A stretch of DNA of 29,177 bases. It comes from Peribolospora baueri. Lineage: Eukaryota. The stretch lies in the NCBI GenBank assembly GCA_029717555.1, contig JAMDHS010000011.1, forward strand, positions 310,001-339,177. Reading direction: 5' to 3'. The notes under the pieces were generated by a model. The model was not told the origin of the DNA, did not search any database, and was given only the letters and a program-made list of their open reading frames with translations. Position 1 is the stretch's first letter; each line of letters begins with the position of its first letter. Positions 12,415-21,839 of this stretch are shown in pieces. The position numbers were made by a program, and so were the translations under genes.

Positions 12415-12472
12415 ACTGCGACTGCAACTGCAACTGCGACTGCATCTGCGACTGACTGCAACTGCGACTGCG
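12415..12472. repeat. Hexanucleotide microsatellite (ACTGCR)n
   Basis: actgcgactgcaactgcaactgcgactgca... Confidence 0.85.
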
Positions 12473-13532
12473 TGTTTTCTGCATATAGTCGACGCTATGC
12501 TGCATCGTGCCTATCTGCTGTCTTCTGTCCGCGCTCGGGGGTAAGGGAGACGTGGGACGGGGCATGGGCGCGGCATGGCATACGTATCCCAGTACGTGAG
12601 TGCCCAGTCAGTGCCCGGCGATGGAAACCCTGCACGGCACGGACGCGCATGCGACCGGACGGACGAACGGGGAGGGAGCAGAAGTGGGAGTGGGAGTAGG
12701 CCGAGGGTGGTGGAAGAGGAACAAGGAAGGAGTGAATAGGGACGCGACCATGTGCGTCGAATTTGTACGACCTGCCGATGCCATTCCCCTTTCTTCCTTT
12801 TCGACCCGACGACCAGCGTAGCGTCGCTCCACCAGCCAGTCCGGCCAGCCAGCCGCATCAAAGCCAAGGCCAGCTCGACCAGCCCGGCCAACCAGACCAG
12901 ACCAGACCAGATCATCTGCTCCAATCGCCACCACCTCTTCTCCGATGGCCGCCCCACCGCTCTAGCCCACGCTCCCCTCTCCCCCTCCGCCCCATCTCCC
13001 CCACGCCCCCGCACTCCCCTCTGCCCGCACCGCATACAGTCAGCCTGCCACGCCTACGCGCCCGCCCCCGCCCTCTTCTTCCTCCCGTGGACAACCCCTC
13101 TCAGGGAGAGGAAAGAATAACAAAAGGGGTTAAAGCATCTGCAACGACGCGGACAAGCCCCGCCCCCGCTCCTTCGCATACATCGAGGCCCGAGCACGCC
13201 GGCGACAAGCACGATCGCCAAGGTGAGTCGAGTCCGACGACGCTCCGTCCAGTCTCATCCCCAGGTACAGACAGACCCGGCGGCGGTCCATGGGGACGTG
13301 TCGGAGAAAAGGGGGAAAGGAGCGCTGGAGAGCGTCGTCGTCCATCGATGGGCGGCGTCGCATGGGGAATGCAGCAACCAGTCTGGGAGTTTCATCCACG
13401 CCGTTCGCGAACCGATGAGAACCGGCGTGGTGGGACGAATGAAATGCGACGCACTCTGCTCGACGCCGACTTACGCGCTCTGCTTGTTCGTCCTGGAGGG
13501 CACGGTACGAGACGGAGAAGCAGAAGCAGAAC

Positions 13533-13587
13533 GGCGATGGAAAGACCAGAAGGCGATGGAAAGCCCAGAGAGGCGATGGAAAGCCAG
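13533..13587. repeat. Three tandem copies of a 19-20-nt unit with core GGCGATGGAAAG
   Basis: ggcgatggaaagaccagaa / ggcgatggaaagcccagaga / ggcgatggaaagccag. Confidence 0.85.
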
Positions 13588-14149
13588 CGGGCGACGGGCG
13601 AAGGGACGGACGACATGACACGTCTCCCTCCAGCTCGTCCACCGATAACCCTTTTCTCCTCGCCAGGCCGGTGTGGACGTCAGCTCACCCATTCCTTCCG
13701 CACCCTCTCCCCCTTCTTTTCTTTCCACGCCCTCTCATCGGCTCCTTTCGCCTCTCCCATCTTTCGCTCCCTCGCCCACCACGTTCCCCATCCCTTTCTC
13801 GTCCTCACTCCCTCTTCCCCACCTCTCCTCCTTCCGTAGCGCCGCCTCCCCTTGTGGAGGGCATTCAAACGACCCGACAACATCGCCGGCCCATGGACTC
13901 CCCATCCACGTACCGCCAGCGGTTTAAAACCACCCGCACCGGCGCTTGAACCCCTCCCGAGTTCTCTACCCATCTCAGTAGACCGCCACCTTCGTCCGAC
14001 CAAGACGCCCGCCCGCTTGGCCGCCCATCGGACCCCGAGGACGAGGCAGACAGACGACCGGCGACCGGCGCCCGGCCCCTTTTGTCTCCAGCTGCACAGA
14101 AAAGCGCGACCGCGCCGCCTCCGATAGAGCGACCCTTCCTAGGAAGGAA

Positions 14150-17100
14150 ATGTCCCACTCCGTCCCCACCGGCTTCTACGACCTTGCCATCCAGTTCTTC
14201 GCAGCAGAGGCACGAACGCAAGCTGCAATCCCTCACGGTCGCGTCGGCGCCATGATGCACCCCACCGGCTCGGCGCATTCCGACCCGATGTCGTTTTCTC
14301 CTCCCACCCAGCTCTTTTCCTCCAGTCACCCAATCGTCCGGCTCCCTCCCGATGGGACCAATACCGGCGATGACACAGCCTCCGTGAGCAGGACGACGGC
14401 CCGTCGGCAACGGCGTTTGTACAAGTATCTCGTCGGAACGCCTCCGCCAGAAAGGACCGGCGCTTCAGAAGAGCACACCCAAGCCGCTTCCGTCCCGCGC
14501 GGCGGCAACCACGGCGAGAACTCCAGCGCGCCGCACCAGCCGCCGAGGAAAAAGGTCAAGAAGGCGTGTCTGTACTGCAAGCGCAGCCACATGCCTTGTG
14601 ACGACGAGCGGCCTTGTCAGAGATGGTGAGCGCATCACCCGTCCCAGCCCGTCCGGCTGGCCACGTCGGGACCGGTCTGGCATGAACTGACGGCCCATTC
14701 TCGTCCCCGGGCGTGTTGTGTGTCCTTCAGCATCAGAAGAGGCATCCCCGACCGGTGTCGTGATGAGCTCCAAGATCTCCATGCTACGCCCAAATCCCGC
14801 GCAAGAAGGTCCAGCCTCGCCGAGCCAGCCAAGACGACGACCGACGACGTTACTCGCCTGCCGATCATCAAGATGCATTCTGACCCCGTCATCAGTCTCC
14901 TTCCGAGGTTCCGCCCGACCTCCACTTTGGCCGCTACGCTCCCTTTGCATTTCTCCCGCTTCAGAGGCAGATACGACGACCGGGGGACGTCCGATGACGG
15001 CGACCTGAGCTCGCCGGATGTGAGGAGCGGCCGCCAGATCGCCGCGCCGACCGCGGGCGGACCGACCGACTTCGTCGATCCCTCCGGCTCTGACCTGGGC
15101 GACCCGAGCCCTCGCCTCTGTTTTCGAGCGCCGCCGCCGCCTCCTCGGGCGACTGGCGTGTCGGACGCGAGCAGAACGCCGCGAATCGAAGCGGTACATG
15201 CACCGCTCTCGTCTTCCAACACGCCCGGATGTTTATCGACGAAGCCGATATCGTTTGGGCTTCCCATGGCCTGCGTTCTCAGTCCGTCGGAGATCTTTGA
15301 TCGCTCGTCCTTTCCTCCACCCACAGCTCTTCCGTCTAGCGCTCACGGTGCTCACTACCACGACATGCCACAGCACCGGAGCACCATGGCGGGTTTGCCG
15401 TGAGTGTTTTTTTTTATGGCACAGCCTTTGGAAGGATGTGTGCGCGCACGCGTGGTGACCACCCCTGTCGCCGAACTCATCTTGTACGTCGGCCTTCTCT
15501 CACCATCGTCTCTCTTCCCTACAGGGCAGCACAGAATATGCAGAGCAACGGCCTCTCCGCACCCATGATTCAGTTCCCTTCGCCCTTCCACCCCCCCGCC
15601 ACGAGTCCGACCTCGGCAAGTTCTGCCGGCGCCTTTTCCAATTTCGCCGTCGCCGTCAACTTTGGCGACAGCCTGGGAGCGGACGTGAACATACCGCTGC
15701 AGGCCATGCCGGCCATCCGACTCGGCCCCACCAGTCTATCTCACGCACTAGGCCCCCCTCCGCAGCCGCAGCCTCCGTCGTCCTCCGCTCAAGGGCCCGC
15801 TCGTGAACCCACCGGGCTTCGAGGCAGAGCGAGCACCCTGAGCGCCGCCCCTTCTCCGCAGACCGGCGGTTTTCACAACACTGACACTAGGATCGCCTCG
15901 ACGCTGAGCGGCACTCATCTCGAGAGAAGCCAGTCGTTCCAGTTTGGAGTGCCCACTTCCTTGACTCCCCTGACCTTTACTTTCCGTCATCCCGATGCGC
16001 CTCCTATGACGTCCGCGTGTGACGAACCGGTCCGCCAACAGCCGCCCCCCGGGCCGGGGGACGCGGCGACCTGGATTCTCGAATTGGGACGGCATGGCGC
16101 GTTGAAAGAGGAGAAGGAGGCCATGTCGTCAAAGTATCATCTTACCGAGCTAGACATCCCTGGTGAATCATCGACCGTCAGAGGCGGGATCAAAAATGAT
16201 CCGTGCGCGGAGCGGGCTCGGGATGGAGGCGAGATGACCGAAGGCTCGAGCGGGGACGAGCGGATCGCGACTGTTCTTCGTCCTCCCGGAAAAGCCCCGG
16301 TCGTAGAGCCGGTTCGCTCTGCGGCGTCGTCCGTCAAGGTGGAGGCGTGCGCGAAGCCGTTCAACTACAAACTTGGTGAGCATTGTCGTCTCGCTTGTTT
16401 TTTTTTCTTCTTCGACGGGCTGGCCGTGCTGAACGGCGATGTCATTCGTACCTTTTCGTGCGCAACGTCCCGGTTCAACCCTCTCAGGTTACGAGCGCAT
16501 GTACGCTTGGCTCCAGGTAAGCGCGCACGTTTTCTCTCCTTCCTGCATGTCCACTTGTCCGAAGTCGCTCACGGCTTTTCGACGCCTTCTTTCTCGTCCC
16601 TTTCCACCGCAGGACCAGTGAGACGTTCTTACCTCTTCTCGTCGTCCCTTGCTTATCACCGTAGGGCGATATTCGACCTCTGGTCGAAGCGTGGCCACGC
16701 CTTGCTCACCATGTTTTCGATCGCATCCTCGCTTCGCCGCAGCTTTTCTCCGTCCTCCTTCTGGGAGTTCCACTCCGCCATGGAGCGCGTCCGATTGCAC
16801 TGCCTGCGCATCTCCCAGAGTCTATCCGGCTCACAACTCATCAGCGCCGAACGTGCGTTCTTCGCCCACGTCCAGCACTACAAGGCTCACGTCTTTGACT
16901 CGAGCCCCGCACCAACGCTGATATGGAGATACACGGGAGAGCTGTACGGCGCCAACACGCTCGTGTCGCGTCTTACCGGCCTGCCTTGGAGCGCGTTTGA
17001 GGAGGTGCGTATATGCAGCCGACTGGATCTCTGTCGGCGTCGGTCGTCGCGGGCCGCAACGAGTCGTCAGTAAGGTTACCTGATCCTGACCCCCCTTGTT

Positions 17101-17806
17101 TGACAGGGCAACATGTGCATATACATGCTTTTCGACGAACCGACCATGAAGAGACTAGGGCAGGTGAGCTAGCTGATGGACGTGACGTGGACGTGGATGT
17201 TCGCCGGGGTTAGCACGAGTCATGACCGGCAGATTTTGGGGGCGCCTTTACGATTGTCTGTCTTTCTATCTTGCCTTTCCGCAGCAACTTGCCCAAGTCT
17301 ACCTTGATGCGCTCGAGGGACCGGCCGCGACGTTCGGGACCTTGCGCGTCGTGCGAGAGTCGTACACTAAATTCCGACCCGACGCTGCAAACCAGGCGGG
17401 AGGAGCGGTCCAGGGTACCAATTCGGCCCTTCCGCCGCTGCCCGCGGACACGCGGCGCGCCCTTGCTGGCGGCGGTTCCCCCTCGGATACGGTGCTGCAG
17501 AAGAAGTGTCTCGTCATGTTCGATGCTAAAAAGGACGAGCATGGCTTACCGGTGAGATTTGCTGTTCTGGTCGGGCCGGGGTCGTAGATAGGTCGAGGGG
17601 TCTGACTGGCGTTGGCTTTATGGGACGGACGGGACGGACCCTCGTTGGCGGTTCGGCTTGTCCTCGCATCACACCTCTCGACTCATGGAGGCCCTCGTTG
17701 TGAGTTCTCTCCTGTCCTCGGCGGCGCCTACTTTCCTCCTCGCCTGACCCGGTTCGGTCTTGCCGGCTGACAGGTCGGCAATATCGTCATCATACCCGAG
17801 ATTTGA
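14150..17806 (+). CDS. Zn(II)2Cys6 transcription factor with a C-terminal PAS-like domain, Rds2/Ert1/Gsm1 (AcuM/AcuK) family, about 885 aa, 10 exons
   Basis: Exons 14150-14625, 14731-15399, 15525-16375, 16488-16516, 16613-16617, 16743-17004, 17107-17163, 17285-17551, 17691-17699 and 17774-17806 (2658 nt, in frame). Zinc cluster [35 protein letters not shown]. Family motifs KPFNYKLGYERMYAWLQ, PTLIWRYTGELYGAN and KKDEHGLPALVVGNI. The start codon and a possible extra in-frame intron ending near 14964 are uncertain. Confidence 0.9.
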
Positions 17807-18126
17807 CTTGACGCCAATGGATGGGCGTCCATAAGAAAAAAATATGCAATCCTCCTCGGACGCTCCTTCCAGCCCTTTTCTTTCGTTTGTTCGTTGTTCG
17901 TTTGTTCGTTCGTTCGTTCGTCCCTTCGGTCATATTCGTTGACAGCGCAGACACGTCCACCCGTTCGTCCATACTCAACGCCTGGCACCAACCCTTTAGT
18001 CTTGACAACCCCGTTCGGCCCTCGTCCTCTTTGCCGCCCCGTTCGCCCGCTACGACCGTGACAACGCCACCGTTCCGTGTCATGTTGCCCGAATCTACAT
18101 ATCCGTCCGCCAACCGTACGTCCCCT

Positions 18127-18257
18127 CTGTCTCTCTCTGTCTGTTTGTCTGCCTGCCTGTCTGTCGGTCTGTCTGGTCTGTCTGGTCTGTCTGGTCTGTC
18201 TGGTCTGTCTGGTCTGTCTGTCCTGTCTGTCCTGTCTGCCTGTCTGTCCTGTCTGTC
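18127..18257. repeat. Compound (CTGT)n / (CTGTCTGGT)n microsatellite
   Basis: Directly visible between the convergent 3' ends of the transcription factor and thioesterase B. Confidence 0.9.
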
Positions 18258-18637
18258 GGTCTCTGTTGGTCACCGTCGCATCCTCCCTTCCGCAGCCCTC
18301 CTCCGGTCGTCGCTTCAACGCTCATAGGTACTGCGCAGCCGTCCGTTTATATGTATCGATACCCCTCTCTTCCCTTCCCTTCCCTTCCCGTCGGGGACAG
18401 AATGCAGGCTTTCGGTCGGTGCGAAGTGAAGCGAGCATTCGGATGAGACTGCCGCGCCCCCAAGCGCCCGGTAACCAGCCAGTCAGCCAGCCAGCCACTG
18501 TCGTCGAGTCTTCCCAACCGAGGATATCTATTATCCAATTCTATATAAAGATATATAGCTTCGGACGCTCTGGTCCAATCCAATCCAGTCCAATGGAGTC
18601 CAATCCAGTTCAATCCCATAAGATAGGGTAGCGTGGC

Positions 18638-20895
18638 TCAGAGCTTGGAGGCGTGCTGACCCGTTCGCTCTGCTTGCGCCGTCGTCGTCGTCGGCTCGTC
18701 GTCTCGCTCCGCTTGGCGGTCGTTGTGGTTGTCTGCCACGTCTTGCGATACGGTATCCGCTGGGGACGCCTTGTCGCGCACTTCAACGATGCCTTCCTGT
18801 GACTTTGTTTGTTTGTTTTTTGGGGGAAGGGGGGGCAAATGAGGATTGTCAGACGTCGGTGGAGCGGCTCCGTCGATGGCGTCTCGTCTCGTCACTCACC
18901 ACCACGGCGACCAGCACGCCGTCCTCGCGGTAGTACCGGCCCCATGCGATGCCTCTTCCGTCGGCCGAGCGGGGAGATTCGACCTGTATGTGACGTGTGA
19001 ATGGCTGTGGGTTAGTCGACTTGGCGGGCGGGGAGGGGAGAAGAGGCGCGCGCAGCACTCACGACGAGGAGAAGCCATTGGGACGTGTCGAAGGGTCTGC
19101 GTTTAGAGCCGAAAGAAGGGGGGGGGGGGGGCGAGGTCAATAAAAAAGAAAAGAGCGACTACAACATTCCCGTCCCTGGATCGACGCGCGCGGCGCTCAC
19201 GCATAGAACCACATCAGATGGTCGAGACTCGAGCACGTGAGCATATCCTCTTGAGCGCCCTGTGCTCTCGGCACGGTGGAAAGCATCATGTAGCTAGCGA
19301 TAGTGCGATGGGAGGACGAAGGGAGTGGAGCCAGGTGAGATGCAGTTGGAAAGGCCTCGCTTCGAGTATGACGCCGTCGTCGTCGTCGTCCAAAAAGCGC
19401 CGTCTGCACTTGAACCGCACTCCGCGACTCACTCGCTAATGAAAGACAGCGCGGCCTTCTGGATCTCCGTACCCTCCCTTCCACGCACCTCGTCCTCCTG
19501 CCACCCTTCCCTGAGCCTCACCCAAAGCCTCTGCTCCCTTCCCGTCCTAGGCCATCCCTCCCCTCCATCGTCCTCCATCCATTCTGCTCCCGCATCGCGG
19601 ATCTCCACCTGCGCCGTTGCCCGGAGGTTGAGCCATTGCTCGACGACACCGCGTTGGAAGGGCGGGAGTCCTCCGTGATGAATGGGCTTGTCGGAGGTGC
19701 GAGCGAGGAGCGTGCGGGCGAGCCTCTCTTCTGACTCTGGGCACTCTTCCGGTGCGGGCACGCGTGGCGTTGTGGGGAAGGGGGTATAATGCGACGGCAA
19801 GGCCGGCGCGGACGGATTCGGGGCGGTGGAGTAGGAGGCGACGAAGAGGTGGATGAGCTTGCCGTTTTGATATGCGCGAACGAGGCGCGAGCAATATGCT
19901 TTGCCTGGTGATGGGAAGATGGTGGTGCGAGAAAGGGGCAAAGGAGGAGGGACGAAGGGAAGAGAGGTCTCGTAGGACGCGTGAACGCGGTGCTGAAAGA
20001 GCCGAGGGCCGAGGGCTCTCTCATCGACGTGCCCCTCGTGGAGCGCACTAACCATCGCGGACCCGCTCGACCTCATAGCTGATCGGTGGTTCAGTGGAGC
20101 CTGGGCGGAGGAAGTAGCTCTGTGGGTCGGAGAGAGTAGTGAGAGAATAAACGATGAGCGATCGCGGCGGCCATGGTCGGGGCGAGTAGTCGAGTGTGGT
20201 ACAAGAGGACTTGAGGACTCACATGCATCGACTGGTACAGCAGCCAACCAAGGAAAACACATCGCAACGGCGAGAGGCCGACGGATCGTCAGTCAGCCTT
20301 GCTCCTGGGTTACGTCGTCCTGACCGCCTCTGCACGACCGTCTCGCGCTCACATGCAAGTAGAACTGCGGCGGAACGGTGAGGCAGGCGGCCCTCATGGA
20401 TTGACAGAGGATCTGAGCGGGGTCGTGGGAGAGTGAGAGGCCGAGGAGAGGAAGAAGGGCGCGGACGGACGAGCGGCGGCAGTGGTGCGAAGAGCGCCGG
20501 ACGCGGCGAGGCACGCACACGACCGGCTCCGTCGCCGACAGACAGACAGACACTCACGACTCCTCCGAAGATGCGGGTGCTTCCCATGAGCGGTAGCCAG
20601 GCCGCCTGGATCGCGGTACGCGAGAGAGCAGCTGGCGTCCGATTAGCAGAGCGACGCGTGCCTCTTATCTTATACCTCTCAGGAACGGCACGACGTCTGG
20701 GCGAACTGCACGCACCACGTTGTCATATCGGCCGTCCTCGCGAGGGACGAGGCGAAGAAGCTCCTTGACCTTGGGCACGTCCCCGGCGACAAACTGGTCG
20801 GGCAAGTGGAAGGTTGGGTCGTCCGGGTCGAAGCCTAGCTGGCGGGCTGCGTTGGCCATGATGGGGAGCACGATCGACAGCGGGAGCGGCGGCAT
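18638..20895 (-). CDS. Peroxisomal acyl-CoA thioesterase II paralog (TesB/Tes1 family), divergent copy B, about 403 aa, 10 exons
   Basis: Exons 20895-20716, 20605-20558, 20412-20353, 20231-20223, 20119-20053, 19904-19433, 19293-19201, 19096-19063, 18983-18900 and 18802-18638 (1212 nt, in frame). Motifs RIFGGVILCQS, SMHSYFLRPG, ERVRDGKAYCSR, FISDY, CSSLDHLMWFY, FDTSQWLL, GRGIAWGRYYREDGVLVA, SQEG. The C-terminal SKL is a PTS1. An alternative in-frame start exists at 20859. Confidence 0.92.
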
Positions 20896-21020
20896 CGCGG
20901 GCGGTGCTGGTGGGGGGAAGAAGGGAGGCGCGACGACGAGCGGCGACGAAGCCAGAGCGAAGAGGGGGGCGAAGAGAGAGTAAGAGAGAGAGAAAGAGAG
21001 CGTATGCGCGTTCGGCCGGG

Positions 21021-21028
21021 TATTTAAA
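21021..21028 (-). promoter_or_regulatory. TATA-like element (TTTAAATA) upstream of thioesterase B
   Basis: AT island about 125 nt upstream of ATG 20895, followed on the minus strand by a CT-rich stretch typical of fungal transcription start regions. Confidence 0.4.
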
Positions 21029-21839
21029 ATCGACGGGGTGTGAGATCCGAAGGAGCAGGAAGGGGCGTCGTCGGAGCCGGTTGACGCACGGTCGCGCGTG
21101 AAGGCCAATATAAAAAACAAGTGCGACGCCGCCGAGCCGAGGTTACTTCATTACGCACGCACACACCCACGCACAGCGCTGCACAGACATTGACGGACGT
21201 CGCCGTCGAAAGGCAAGCAGGCGCCGCCGTCGTCTCGCTGCGTCGCCCACCTACGCCGGCCTTGCTTGGACGAATTACGGACACGGTTGACACGGACCCC
21301 CGCACAGGAACGCCCTTGGGCAACCCCAGAGAGCGGACCGGCGAGCAACTTCTCTCTACGCGCCACGATCACACGCTTAGCTTTGTCCACTCTCTAATCC
21401 CAAATAACAGTCGTCTATAAACACCGCTGCGGTCGACCGGCAATTCGCCGGGCCGGCGTCCGTCCATCTCTTTTCTCCCCAGAGAAGTTTGCGTTACCCT
21501 CCCTACCCGCTCTAATACCGTCCGCCGCCTGGCCCAACTTTCTTTGCGCACGGCTGCCGGACAGACGGACGGCCGGACAGACAAACGGGAAAAGGGAAAC
21601 GGGGCAAATCGAGTGCAGTCCTCGCGCCATCGTGTCCTCGCATACGTCCGATTGTATCCGTACACGTGAGCGTCTTCAGCGCCGGGGCGGCGCCCTCGGC
21701 ATCGTTACGGCTCTGGAAGTCATCGTATCGTATCGGGCGTGGAAGGAGGACGTGGACGACGGCCGATCCGAAAGCGCGGGGGAAGGTGGCGTAGAGAGGG
21801 CGCAACCGGGCCGTTCCCCCCTATCCATCCCGGGTAACT

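Noticed and set aside
11474..13839. Long ORFs 11474-12565 (-) and 12763-13839 (+)
   Set aside because: Built largely from microsatellite translations, with no domain-like sequence; typical GC-rich spurious ORFs.
21137..21142. CCGAGG (FarA/FarB-type fatty-acid response element) upstream of thioesterase B
   Set aside because: A 6-mer is too common in this base composition to be informative, and the motif is defined in ascomycetes.
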